A stretch of 64,000 nt of DNA from Pocillopora damicornis (lineage: Eukaryota), in the NCBI RefSeq assembly GCF_003704095.1, contig NW_020843538.1:1-64000 (forward strand), written 5' to 3'. The position numbers and the translations under genes are program-made. Under the pieces are notes generated by a model, which saw nothing but the letters and a program-made list of their open reading frames with translations, was not told where the DNA came from and made no database searches. How positions within the stretch are numbered: the first letter of the stretch is position 1; the number at the start of each line of letters is the position of its first letter. Positions 36,159 to 49,552 of this stretch are shown here, one piece after another.

Positions 36159-39100
36159 ATGTTTCGTGGAATCATCAAGTACGTAGCTTTCTTTGGAGTA
36201 CTCGTTGGAATAGCAATCATAACAAGAGTTTTGGAACAAGTTGTTGAAAAAGCCAGTCCTAAAGGTGAGCTACACATGTGCACAAACTCGAATACAACAC
36301 CTTCGAAGTTGAATGCACCATGCGATTGTCAGTCAATTATTGGATACTCAATCTGTTTCAAGAATCCTCTGACTTTGTTCCCTTTTAGAATCTGAAAAAT
36401 GATCCCATATTGCCGTCAATGAAAATGAAAGGAACTGTAGTGGGTTCTAAGGTTCTCTTTGCCAATTTTCCTTCATTCAACGGAAATATTCAAAACTTTG
36501 CCGGACACTAGTGGTTATATGTGCCGTCTGATTCGAGATTATTCTAGCAAATGGATGAGCGCTGTGCGAGTTGACGAGGCTTTTCGAGGTGAAATAGAAG
36601 CAGGTCTAAGAGAAGAGCAATGGCCAATACTTTAATGTATAAATCACTCTCCTCGTGGTAATTCTGCCAAACATTGAGGCTCGAAATGCCATTCGTAAAA
36701 TTTCTTGTTTCACGCTCCTCTAAAAGCATGAAATAGTTATGGTGTGTCATTTTGCAGATACTTACAAACCTTTGCTCTTTATTTCATCACAACAACAACA
36801 GCAACAGTGCTTGATTTCTCTGTTTTGTTCTTATTCATGTTGTTGTAATAACCCGTTCATTGCCGATGTGAACTCGATTGAAATATCCTGGGGAGAAGGG
36901 GAGGGCCTGCACAGCGGTAATGACTGATTTCAAAAGAGGCCATTCTTGAGGAACCTAAAGCTTCTTTGTGGAACAAGGAAAAAGTGTGGAACCGTTTAAA
37001 AGGGTTTGTTATCCCCATAGAAATAAGGCTAATTAGTGACGTGAAAAATTGTGCGCTCGGCCTTAGGACATTTCCATTTACCTTTCAGCTCCTAAAACCA
37101 ACGAGAACGATGACCAACTGGTGAGGAGAGATCTAACAAACACAGATTCACCATCTTCGCCTCTTAAAAATACAGCTCAAGCAAAATTAGAAATAACTGT
37201 CGAGCAGCCTAAAACCGGAGAAAAGAAAATTGTTAAGAAATTATCCCTGAAGACAATCGTTTACGCCGTAACACCAACGTATGCACGTTTCCTTCAAAAA
37301 GCTGAACTGACTCGCCTGTCACAAACTTTAAAACACGTCAAAGATTTTCACTGGATAGTTGTAGAGGACTCATATCAAAAGACACCCCTCGTCACAAGAT
37401 TTTTAGCTAATTCTGGTCTTAATTACACTCATCTAAATATACGAACCCCGGTAGAGTTGCGCCCATTAAAAAATAAACCACGATGGACTAAGGCCAGAGG
37501 AGTAGAACAAAGGAACATAGCAATTAAATGGTTACGTGATAACATAAACATCAATAAAACTAACGGTGTGGTCTACTTCGCTGATGATGATAACACTTAC
37601 GACATCAGGCTATTTGAGGAGGTAAGGGCACAAATCATGCAGAGTGAATGTTTTATTAGAGAGAAATTGACATGTCTTGGATAAAGATTGTGGTTGTCAT
37701 TTACAATGACTGACTTTTCAAAAGCCAGAGCGCAAATGGTCACTTGAGTCAAAAGTTGACATTCCGCTCTAGATTGCCCCAAAGTCACTCATTGCAAATG
37801 ACGACAGTCCTTTTTATGATTATTCCCTGCTGAAACCATTTACAGAAATAGTTTTTTTTTTGAAGCCGTTTGAAATAGGTCAAAAGTACCCCCCTATATA
37901 ATGAACACAGCGGTTAAACGTTTACGCATGTGCAAACGTTGCAATAGCTAGGTGGTGCGCTTTCAGGCTGTTAGAAGCAAGTTGGGTAAAAGGAATCATA
38001 GGCAACCACACAAGCCAGTAAGCGCGTAACCCTTTTAGTAAAGCTCAAAAAAAAATAGAAAATAAACAGGATGCCCGTAGTTTAATTAGCTTTGCGTTCG
38101 AAAAGTTTTNNNNNNNNNNNNNNNNNNNNNNNNNNNNNNNNNNNNNNNNNNNNNNNNNNNNNNNNNNNNNNNNNNNNNNNNNNNNNNNNNNNNNNNNNNN
38201 NNNNNNNGAAAATTGGCGCGCGGCCTGCCGATATTTATATCCTTGCACATGCTCAACATTTGACCGTTGTGTTTCCTGTATGTTGTCATGGACACCAATA
38301 TGGCTGTCATTCCTTTGATTTGGTATCCAATATAGCTAATATTATGTTATATAAAAACGATCTATTGTTAATCCAACTAGCGGCATTCCGAGACCTTTGC
38401 ATCGTGGATATTTAAGCTTGGACGTATCGGGAAACATTTTTCTCCATTTTTTTTTTAAAAATTGAAATAACTTTGCCGTAATGGATATTGCCTTCTTAAT
38501 TTTTCCCCTCTTTCCCTTCCACTGGCTCTTGTTCCCATCGCTTACAGCCAGGCAGCTGGAAAGTTCTCACATTGCAATCTTTTTTGTCTTCCTTTCCCAG
38601 ATGCGTGATATCAAGAAAATTGGGGTATGGCCTGTAGCATTCACTGGTGCCGCGAGATACGCAGGTCCCCTCTGCAAAGACGGCCGTGTCGTCGGTTTTT
38701 ACACAAACTGGCGACCAAGTAGAACGTTTCCACTTGACATGGCAGCTTTTGCCATAAACGTAAAAAGGCTCATTGTGGATAAACCAAAAGCTCACTTTGA
38801 TGCTGATGCTAAACCGGGAGACCTGGAGAACTCTTTCCTGGAACAGGTTGGAACAAGGGAGGATTTGGAGGCTAGAGCGTCGAATTGTTCAAAGGTATAT
38901 AATAATTAGCAGATAGATTTCATGTTGTCGTGCGCCTGCTCAGGTATAGTTTACAGATGACGTCAAAATGTGATCACTGATGTTCTTGACCCTTTAACTC
39001 CTAAGATCTGATTGCTAACTCACCTCCAACTTTTACACAATTCCTTGCAGATAAGTTGGACGAAATCAGTATTAGACAAATATAATAACTTCTATCTGAT

Positions 39101-40510
39101 ATATTTTGGGTATTCTTATTTGCTCTTTGCTGGATAATGTATGGATATTAAAGGGAGAAGTTTTATGGTAATCACTTCTGGAAGTTAAAGGGTCAACACA
39201 TTCAGATATATTCTGTGATCTATTACAATGCCGACCCACGGCAACGAGGATTCTGTTTTTTTTTTAATGATGCAAACACCAAACAACGACAAAAAAAACT
39301 TTTGTTTGTGTTGACGTCATCTTTGCGTGTTTCCTCAAAAAATGACATGACTAAGAACCAAGCAAAATTCGTGTAAATTCGTGTATAATTCAGCTTATCA
39401 TATGAGCATGACTGTATTTACATGATCAAAATGAACATTTTATTATAATTATTATTATTATTATTATTATTGTTATTTCCATTATTGCTCTTATCATAAT
39501 CAAAACCAAATATGGATGTGAAAGCGATCTTCGCAATAATGAACACTACTTAAGCAGTAGTGAAAACAACGCTTGGAAAAAAGTCCAGTCCTGTGCAGGA
39601 TTTGAACCCATGACCTCTGCAAAACCATAACAATAACTCTCGAACGTGATTGGTTATCACAAGACTGTTTTTAAAACTATTAGGACACTGTACACGTCAT
39701 GCTTGTGTAATTGGACAGTATGCCTCATATGAGCGCTCCTTTGTCACGCATTTCGCCGAGTTAAGTTTTTTTATGAAAACATAAAAGTCATAGGTAGTTT
39801 GCTTCCGAAATATTTTCATTGTTTTTGATCAATTGGTAACAGTACATCATGTCGTCCAATTCTGTCTGTAATCATACTTTTGATGATATTATGATTAACA
39901 AATTGGATTCCCTCATCGCATTCGTCCGATTTTTTTATCACAAGTATGATTATGGAAAGAATTGAACGCCGTTCAGTACTCTTACCATCACTAATTATTG
40001 TTTTTATTATTATTAATAATTAACAAATATTCACTGAAATGGAGGTGAATAGTGTCGGATATTTACCGAGCCGCGAATAATGGGTTAATATTTGTTTTAG
40101 TATATAGCACACAGATACAAAAAATTAGATTATTTCTTTCAACATACCGAAATACGGTCGGAAATTGAACTCTCTATGCGATTTTGTCTCCTTTAGCGAA
40201 TAGCACTATTCACTTCCGAACTGGCCAATCAGCGCGCGCGAAACGCACGATTCACTGGCATGGTATACAATAATTGTTATTATTGTAATTATTTATTTAT
40301 TATTATTCAGTATTATTTTTGTTATTGTTAACACTGTTATTATTATCATTAATATTATTATTATTATTGGTATTATCATCATTATAATGTTTTTTTGAAT
40401 TGTAGGTTTATGTGTGGCACACTAGAACGGAAACACCAATCAAGAATATAAATGGCGAAAAACTGCTCATCTCCAAAGGAAAGCCTTCTAACCCAGAGGT
40501 GGAAACATAG
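36159..40510 (+). CDS. Gene D: GT43 beta-1,3-glucuronosyltransferase (B3GAT/GlcAT-like), paralog of gene C
   Basis: Exons 36159-36264 (TM anchor), 37089-37621 (AVTPTY..QKAELTR..YFADDDNTY), 38601-38894 (294 nt), 40406-40510 (105 nt, VYVWHTRTE). Last two exon lengths and all intron phases equal those of gene C. Confidence 0.92.
38986..39196. mobile_element. piggyBac-type MITE, ~200 bp
   Basis: ttgaccctttaactcct ... ggaagttaaagggtcaa; body similar to the 874-1271 copy. Confidence 0.7.
39515..39620 (-). mobile_element. tRNA-derived SINE fragment
   Basis: Minus strand carries a B-box-like gggttcaaatcc; truncated by the adjacent repeat. Confidence 0.5.
39621..39995. repeat. Dispersed palindromic repeat, same family as 21647-21980
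   Basis: Sequence similarity to the 21647 copy plus an internal hairpin (aattctgtctgtaatcatact / agtatgattatggaaagaatt). Confidence 0.7.
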
Positions 40511-42211
40511 CAGAGCTGCATCCAGTTATCAAATTATTGAAGTAATTAATGAAACTAAATTTGACGAGGAGATTTTCAAATCTCCGATTCAAACGTGCAG
40601 CGTCAATGTCATGCGCCAAGTGCCTTGGTCATGCAAACAGCCAAAATGAGAGATGGAAAAAAAGGACACGGGTGACGGTAATTTTTCCTCTCTGTTTTGA
40701 TCGGTACGTGTTAGGGCGAAAAAAAAGATCCAAAATATGGCGAAACAGAAGTTATTCATACTGAAAAGATCAGAATACGTATGTGATGTCGTTGTCCACA
40801 AAGTAGCTTGTCGGTTCCAACATTTGGAATCGTAAATACCAAAACACTTAGAGATTATCTTCATATTTCAAATTCTTCAAATTTATAGTTGTGTACCTTG
40901 CCTTTACTGCAATCTCAAGAAAAGATTTGCAGACAAGTGCTAAGTATTTTTTCTCTCTGTTCTAAAACATAACAACTGAGACGGTCGCAGAATGGCAAGT
41001 CACGAAAGAGTCAGCACTGAACCACATTTGATGGTAGAAAACTCGTATTTAATGCTCCACATAATATTATGTGAACGCATTATTTACTCTCATATCTTAG
41101 ACACTTAAGGTAAAGCATGTTCCAGAAGCCACAAAAATTTTAATCTCCGCCCTTTAAAAGCAAAACCGATCCAAAAGTCTCTAAATCAGCCCAGAAACTC
41201 ACATTAAGTAAAAGAAAACAAATACAGAAGCGACGTAACACTGTTTTATTTATAGCCAATACAATTTTTTAGATTAAAAATGCGATTTTTTATTCCTGTA
41301 CAAATCCTTACATTTGGCCCGTTTCAAAACATAAAAATGTTTGCATATTTACGGAGTCTCATTATGCAAGCTTGAGCTACCTGTGCAATGAACAGAGTGA
41401 CAGTTGTTTGTGACCTGAGCGTTGTGGTTTTGCGTAGGCAGACAAATATTTAGTTACTTTCAAAGTTGAATTTTTTTTTTTTTTTGCGCATTTAAACTGT
41501 TAGGATATCATTTGAAACATTAACACGCTGTAAGAAGTAAATTGTAACATACACTTTGTAATGGCGGAGATTTTAATCATATGGTTTGGGGAGCATACTT
41601 CTTCTCAAAGGCCTTTTCAGAATTTCTCCTGTTTCCAAGACATGTCATTTTCACTGCTCGCGGTGAAATCATTATTTATATATTTCGGATGAAAAATGAT
41701 TTCTTCATGATAGCCGGGTACATCAACACGGCCTATGTGTTTTTATGAAGATTCTTTAACCTAACGATGTCATTATCGTTTAGATTTTCTTTTTTATGAT
41801 AGAGAATAATTCTTTTAGAGAGAAGTAGACTATTTTTTGTTTAAAGTTTTAAAAAAAGAAACCTTTCTGTGAGCTTCAGGTGCTTTAAGATTGTCTTTTA
41901 TACGATATCAAATACTTCTTTGTTAATATCTGTAATTTAGATGGACCATAACTTGTCGATGAAGATGCGAGTCTGTCTCATCGTGTTTATCATCTTCGTT
42001 CATTAAAGATAGCATCAAGACAGCAAAGATTTGGGTCTGTATTCGCATGTGGCCAAGAACTCACCTGTGTTTCTTTTTTGGTATGTGGAAGTGAAAAACT
42101 TTGCACATACGTATTTATTGGCTAGTGTTTAGCTCTTAATTGGTCAGGTCCAGATATATTAGATATAAATTGATGCAGCCTACCTGTACGTCCTAGGAAC
42201 CTGTTCCTCGA

Positions 42212-42418
42212 TCGAAGGTTCCGGTAACTTAACGGGCCCGGAAAGCTCTTCTGTTTTCATTCAAGATACAGGTTTCAAAAGTTTTGAAAATTCTACAACG
42301 AAACTATCAGCTGAAGAAAAAAATGGGCTGGTTAGGATACAAGAATCTGCCTCTCTAATTTTTAAGTTTCAAGTCAAAATATGGCTTCGGGCTCGTTAAG
42401 TTACTGGAGCTTTCGACG
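42212..42418. mobile_element. MITE with ~29-bp imperfect TIRs
   Basis: tcgaaggttccggtaacttaacgggcccg ... cgggctcgttaagttactggagctttcga. Confidence 0.7.
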
Positions 42419-44047
42419 GCTATGACGGCTTTATTTACAGTACCGAAAGAAAGGTTCTTCTCTAAGAAGCATATTAAATTTAAAAAAATGTTCTTGGCTC
42501 TTCTCTTGTGAAACTTCTCTCCAGGAGTTAATAGTTGTTTTTGTAGCACAGTTTTATGTCATCAGTATGTTATACGTTTCTCTTATGTAATACTTTTAAG
42601 TTTCTCTTCGCTCTTGTTCTCCTTGTTTTCAACAAAATGTAGGAATTGTAACTTTTTTCCTTAAAAAAGAACAAAGATTTATAACATACTTTGTGTGTGT
42701 TTCTTAGAGAGAGACAGAATTAGGAACCCGTGACTGTTTATCGCCGGGGGGGAGGGGTTTTGAGGTGGGATCACATGGTTTTCTTGGGGGAGGGGAGAGA
42801 GGATCATTCGTCGCCAATAGAGTCTGAACGAGGAACTAATAATTGCTAACGGGGGAGTAATCAAAAGTAACATCACCTGGCCTGATAGGAGGATCAGCCA
42901 AATCTCCTACCCCCTGCCTTAGGTGATAAATAACAAAACTGACCCAATACAATGTAGGAAGACGAGCAATTAATTCCTTCTATATCATTTTGTAATTTTC
43001 TTATGCTCTGGTCTGTAGCAACCAGTGTTCGACAGTTCAAACGACAGACATTGTTTAATTCCTATAAACTGATTGGTTAATCTTGCTCAAGTAATTCTAG
43101 AAGTGACTAGATTAATGATGCCACAATGATGGCGAAATACTGAAAACCCACAAGCAGTGAAATTTCCGTCTTCCTGGAACAAGCAATGCCCATAAGCGAA
43201 TATCAAAGTAGCTTTTTTGCGCCAAATGGAGACTATTGTTTAAACATTCATTCAGTACAGCTTTTACGCTTAGTTGGCAGCATGTAAATTATTATTGAGC
43301 AAGATTCACTTTATATTGGGAGAAGAACTATTTTTTGCCATTAATTCTCTTCGCTTCTTCGGAGAACCGTTTGTAGACCCAATTCATCAATTAATTTACG
43401 ATCGACCGATTAGATTGCACGTCTCTGTAACCAGTCATCAATTATCTACGAGGTTGGGCAGGTGATAAAGTTTATTTCACGGAACTTTAGGTGATTTCAA
43501 ATCTTGTACAACACTATCTGTGTTTTATGAAATATAATTACAAAATGTTTTATGAGTTCCTGCAAGGTTATAATTTTGTTCAGGTTGATCAAAACTTGAT
43601 AATTTAAGAATGGGTCAATCAAAAGAGGGAAAGAGAGAGGACGAGATAAATAAAGTGAGTAGGGGCAGGAAATTTAAAAAAACGTAGCTAAAAGGCTGTC
43701 AGAAGCTAATATGACATGTCTTATGCACTTACTAACAAAAGAGAAGTGGCGCCTCGCAAAGTAGTCTTGTTAAGTACACACTGGTAATTTTATGTTGACC
43801 GGTAATGATTTTTTCCCCGAGAATTATGTAGTTAGAATATAATGAAATATCCTGTTAAAAACCTTTCCTTATGTAAACTGTCAGGTGCATAATATAACAA
43901 TCTTGATGATGAATTTGATAGCTTTTTCGACGCCGTTAGAGTTATTCTGTGCAATCACACCATTCTGTTTGAATAAAACCGTGCACGGAGGACCATCAAA
44001 ACCATAAGCATCAATACAGTTGTTGATGCAACACCAACGTCGTATCG

Positions 44048-47000
44048 ATGAAGCTTGCAAAGGTTTTACTATTGATACTGTTAAAAGGAATTTTCGTTTT
44101 TACAAGCGACAAATTTACAGCTGCTTACTCGAGCTCAACCTATTTCCTGACTTTGGAAGATAAATACCTCACGGGTTTTGTTGTGGAACAGTTCGAGTCT
44201 CCGAGCTTGCTTTCATGTTCACATTCTTGTTTGAGAACTTCTTGGTGTTCTTCTACTAACTTTAAGGAGTATTCGATGACGGAAACAGGCAAATGCGAGT
44301 TGAACAGCCACGAGGTTCTCGATGTCGGCAAGGGTTCCCATTTCCAAGATCGCCAAGGCTCAAGATTCTCACTTCTTCGTAAGGTAAATTAATCAGTCAA
44401 ACTGTAAGGTGGCTGCTAAAGTAAATATCAAAATTTTTCGGCAGTATCGTTTATAATTAAACATTTCAAGCTTAAAGGACATACCTCATCTTCCTCAAAA
44501 TTGTATTTTGCTAACGCTCGTCTGGTTTTAGTTTAAAGTGTTAGAAATAATTTCCTAACACTCGTCGTTCAGTTGACTATATCTTTTATTCTCTCTTTTA
44601 TTACGCAAGTTATTACAACGAGGATTAGCTCTGATCTCCCTAAGAAAGTGTGGGTCACCGCTTGTAAGGGTGACACTTACGGAGTTGTCAATCTCTAACC
44701 TTCGTCATACTTTTACACTCAATTAGCGAATCACGCTAAGCTACGTAGAGCGCAGTTCGCATACTAAGTGGATACTTTCGCAATCTTTCAGACTTAAATT
44801 TCTTGGTCTTACGGTCAAGTTCGGGCAAACCAAAAACGAGATTGACGTTATAAAAATCATAGTAAACTTACTNNNNNNNNNNNNNNNNNNNNNNNNNNNN
44901 NNNNNNNNNNNNNNNNNNNNNNNNNNNNNNNNNNNNNNNNNNNNNNNNNNNNNNNNNNNNNNNNNNNNNNNNNNNNNNNNNNNNNNNNNNNNNNNNNNNN
45001 NNNNNNNNNNNNNNNNNNNNNNNNNNNNNNNNNNNNNNNNNNNNNNNNNNNNNNNNNNNNNNNNNNNNNNNNNNNNNNNNNNNNNNNNNNNNNNNNNNNN
45101 NNNNNNNNNNNNNNNNNNNNNNNNNNNNNNNNNNNNNNNNNNNNNNNNNNNNNNNNNNNNNNNNNNNNNNNNNNNNNNNNNNNNNNNNNNNNNNNNNNNN
45201 NNNNNNNNNNNNNNNNNNNNNNNTTCAAGATCATAACAAGGAAAAGGTAACCAAACCCTACCTGTAAGATAAGACTGCCAAAAGGAATAAGAAATGATCA
45301 ACTGGCTTATTATAATGTCTACTGAATGGCTTATGTAAATATGTTATTTCCATTTATTTTCACGTTCAAATAAGTCAAAAATCACCTATAATGAAATTTT
45401 GCTAGATGCCAATTTTGCCTTTTTAACAAAAGTAGACCTTGAAGGAGTTTTACCAGTTCAATAACCTCGATCACTCCTTAAAAAATACGACAAGCCAACC
45501 ACAATATGCTAATAAAAGAAAAAAGGTTTTCATTATGACATGATTCAAATTGACGTTTTATCGATTTGCACTGACTCCAGCTAGAAAGGCAGATTTACAC
45601 ATCATGGGCTTGTGGCGGAGGACACTATCCACGAAAGCCCGCTAAAATTATAGGTGCTTATTTGTCAGTTGTTTGAGCGAAATTGTTTGTGACAGCAAAT
45701 TCACCAGAGGGAAAAGTTTAACTGTCCTGCCACTCACCCAGTTAGTGGAACGAAATGATTATGTGCAACAGACCAGAATGGAATACATAGGAGCTTAGTT
45801 TGACAGCTTAGTCTATAACATGAGGCCGAATGTTTGCCTTGTACTAAAATGTCATATTTGCATATCAATATTCTCTTGCTTCAAACGTGAAAAGCAGAAG
45901 TATGAATACCATAATGATTCGATTTAGCGCCCGGGGCGCTTATTTGCTTTTGTTACCTGAAGAGAGGGTGCTTATTCGAAACAGGCTTATTTCTTTTATG
46001 AGAAACAGCAGTATAGTATGTCAACGAAGCTTTGATGTTCATTTGATTGAGGATCAAAAAGACTGTAAAGCGGACTTGTTGTCCTTTATGTTTCCTTACA
46101 GACTTATCCTCTTTATTCGAATAGTTTGAAAGGCTCAGTTACATATTAAAGCAAATAAGCCCACCGAGTTATGCTAGCGAATTTTGCAATAGTTTTAATT
46201 TCTCGCCAAATCTCAGCGCCATTTAGGCTCAAAGTCACCACGTGATCATTGAGGTGTCTCTTCTTCCTTAGATTAATTAATTTGTTTGTCTGTTCGTTCA
46301 TTTATCAATCAGAGCTTTTCTGTACTTAGAGAAGAACGCGAGCTTTTTCCTTTTCTCTGCAGAGGCTAAAATTGAGTCTTTCTAAACTCAAACACTCTCA
46401 AGAAAGCTTGTCAAAGATCAAATGTTGTATGTTTGACTTAAATTTACACACCCGTGCTTTCAGAAAAAGGAATATTATTATATTTTTTTCTATAAATAAT
46501 CTATTTCGGGGCGTTTTATCTCTGTGTGATAGGATTGTGCGCTGACTGGCTGCCTTAATGGTGGGTCATGCCTGTTTGATGAAAAGATACAAAGATTTAC
46601 ATGCTCCTGTAAACTACCGTGGACCGGAGACAATTGTGGAGTTAACGTAACAGGTAAGAAAAAAAAAGATTTGCTAACCTTATGAAAAAATGCCGTGTTC
46701 TTCACTGAAAAATTGTTCTTTGATCAACAGATAATATGGTGTATCTAAAAGGTTGTTGATCAAAAATATTATAAGCCTGAGACACTATGGGCCCATACTA
46801 ACCTTGATATTGATACAGTGCTATCTCAACCTCTAATTAACACATCATAGTTGCTTGTCTCAGGTTCAACTACATACACATTTAAAGCTGCGACAACTAT
46901 CTTTGACAGCGAAAAATGACAAAGAAAAAAATTCTAAGTCTCCATGAGGAATCGAACCTCAGACCTTCGGATTCCGCGCTCCGATACTCTACCGTTGAGC

Positions 47001-49552
47001 CACAGAGACTCTACAGTGAGCGAGATATATTACGAAGTTCATATGACACGCGCCCTGCATACTGCTAGGATCAGCAATGTCGATAGCGTCATGTTTATAG
47101 ATAGATTAAGGGAGATGGTAAGTTTTGTGCTCGGTAAAGAAATAGAGGAAGATGCTTTTCGTCTTGTCACGAGCGTGGGACAAAGAAAAAATTTTGAATC
47201 CCTTTGACTAATCGAACTTCAAACCTTCGGATTCCGCGGGCCACGCTCGTGACAAGACGAAAAACATTTTCCGCTTTTTCTTTACCGAGTTCAAAACTTA
47301 CCATCTCCTTTATTCTATTTACAAACAATCTTTGACTTTTAAGTTTGAAACAGAGTAGCCTTTATCCTTGAACGAAGTTAAGGCTGATTTATCAGTGAAG
47401 AACACAGGCACAATCTAAGCTTCAGGAAACGGATGAATAGAGAAAAAAATTAGAACAGGAAATTGTTTTGAGGCATGATTGGACATTCATCATTCTCTTG
47501 TAGAAGTTTTCGCTCTACAAACTTCTTTTGAAATCAGCATGCACCTCAAGTCTTTTCATTCAGATCAAGAGAACATTAAGTTGATATTCTCTTGTTCTGG
47601 AAAATTCTAGAAGTCAAGTGACCATACCAAAATGTACTACCTCACGTTGCTCTAACGTCCTCGATGAAGGTTTAAGTGTATTTTAGGGTCTATGTTAGAT
47701 GACAAGATGGTGTAACTTCATTACAGCGTAATAATTGAGCTATTTTATGTCAGGCGTAAGTATTACGAGGAAGGAGATCTTAGTTTCTCGTGAAATAAAT
47801 ACTTCCAGTTACTGAAAAGCCTAGCTGTTCAACTAACGTAAATCCTAACATATGCAGAACAAATGTCAATTTGCCAGCATATTTGATTTTGAAACGTTGT
47901 TGTATGTCCTTGAGCAGTTTACCGAAGGTGTGATGAGTTATTCAAGGCTGGGCATGAGGAGAGCGGAGTTAACTTAATCAGACTCAACCAGTCCGAGTTT
48001 TTGAGGGTGTACTGCGACCAACAATCAAGCAAGGGAGCAGGTAATTAGTTATATGCAGAGCACAGATAGCAACACATTTATTCTTTTAGTTTATTCACCA
48101 ACAATCAACAAGAGATTTGTGATTACTTCCTCTTTAATTCATGAACTTTACAAAAGGTAGATGAAAAGACAGTATTTTAAGAAGCTCACCGCAAAAAAGG
48201 AGATTAATGACGGTGGCTTTCCTTAATCGCTTCATTCAAAATTGATAAGAGTATAAAAACTATAGTTTAATCAAAAACATCATCTAAACAGAAATAAGAG
48301 CTATGTAAGGGAAACATTACCTCGTAGATTTAAACACATGCAGTATAAGAAAACAAATGTTCTATCCTTCAACAGGATGGACCATGGTATTCAAGGTAGT
48401 GTCTGGTGTGGTGTCGGACATTTACAGATTGTGGTCATCAGCGAACTCCTTTAACGAATACAAAACAGAGGCACTAAATGTCAACGCGTCTCTTAAGGGG
48501 CATTACAAGAACCGCCTGGTAAATAACTGGAATGCTGTGAATCCTAAGGAGGTATGATTAATTGATCGTAACTTGCTTATCAATTGCCCCACAACAATGT
48601 CCTTCTAGTTAATATTGATAATACCTCATTTATATGGGGCTATTTCTATCTCTATCTTATCGCGCTTTACAATGACTGAAATAAACATAAAGTGCTTGAA
48701 ATTCCCAACTGGTAGGAGGCAGACCAGTTGGCTATTTACACAGCGCAGCCGGGATATTGAACTCGGGGCGACCGAGAATAAATCCAGTGAATGGTAGAGT
48801 GGAGGACTTGAACCTGGGGTCAGATTTCAAGTCCAGCACCCTAAATACTCGGCCTCGCCGCCTCCTATAGCTGGTTGCATTGACAAGTAACAATTTTTCT
48901 ATCTCTGCCAGGATCATCGTATCTCATGGTCAGATTTTAATCGTTAAGGATCTAGAAAATGTATGTTTTCCTTTCTCAGGTGCGTGTTTCATTGTACAAA
49001 GATGGATCTGAAATTTTATCCATGGTGTTTGACGCCAGTAATTCCGATAGCGAAAACTGGTTTTCTAAGGATCGGATTACTTATGTTCCCTGGACTGACC
49101 TAAGAACTGAAAAAACAAACGTTTTCGATGTGAATGTGTGTTGTGGAAGAGCGTTTTCTATCTTCAGGAATTATGGAGGATGCAGTAAAGATGCTGGATG
49201 GCTCGTAATAACTGGTATGGATTGTGATTGGGAGAACCGCTTTCCAAAAACTACTGTCATGTATAGTAAACTTCGAACTCACGTTGACCTCAATGACTTT
49301 GGTAAGAAAAATAGGCATAACATTGTTATTTTCTCAGTTTCTTTTGTTTGTTTCTGTTTTTTTGTTTTCTCGTTCTTGCTGCGACGAAAGGTTTAATAAA
49401 AAATTTTTACATGCTTTCGCTCGGCAGCAAAGAGTCGTGTCCGATTATGATATTTGAGTCGATTCCTAGAAGAATAATCTAACTCGGTTTTTATTGTTTT
49501 CTTCTCAGTAGACGTTGGCATCGCAGATGTCTTCGCAGTGTTTATTCGTTAA
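44048..49552 (+). CDS. Gene E: secreted protein with signal peptide, PAN/apple domain, EGF domain and fibrinogen-related C-terminal domain
   Basis: Exons 44048-44383 (MKLAKVLLLILL..CSHSCLRTSWCSSTNF..CELN), 46533-46653 (CLNGGSC..FTCSCKLPWTGDNC), 47918-48040 (RRCDELFKAG..SGV..VYCDQ), 48376-48551 (GWTMVFK..), 48980-49301, 49509/49512-49552 (NAGNAG acceptor; DVGIADVFAVFIR*). Phases compatible. Confidence 0.85.
46919..47326 (-). repeat. tRNA-like ~260-bp repeat unit, more than one monomer, with an inverted terminal segment
   Basis: Cloverleaf-like sequence on the minus strand at 46936-47011 (A box, B box GGTTCGATTCC). acaaagaaaaa recurs at 46919 and 47180. 47241-47326 is the reverse complement of about 47090-47178. 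Confidence 0.75.
48680..48866 (-). mobile_element. tRNA-derived SINE
   Basis: Minus-strand head ggaggcggcgaggccgagt...ggacttgaaatc..caggttcaagtcc with A/B-box-like elements, followed by a body sequence. Confidence 0.65.

Noticed and set aside
21647-39995. Shared repeat near both B3GAT paralogs as a remnant of their duplication
   Set aside because: Positions are not equivalent (upstream of C versus last intron of D); independent insertions are more likely.
44741-45301. ORFs spanning N runs (also 4790-4996, 38045-38415, 62854-63105)
   Set aside because: Artefacts of assembly gaps.
46936-47011. Functional tRNA genes here and at 55033-55108
   Set aside because: 8-nt non-canonical anticodon loop, box mutations differing between copies, and embedding in a dispersed repeat.
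46944-47207. Similar ORFs MRNRTSDLRIPRSD... and MRNGTSDPRIPRSD... (55041) as a gene family
   Set aside because: They are antisense translations of the tRNA-like repeat.
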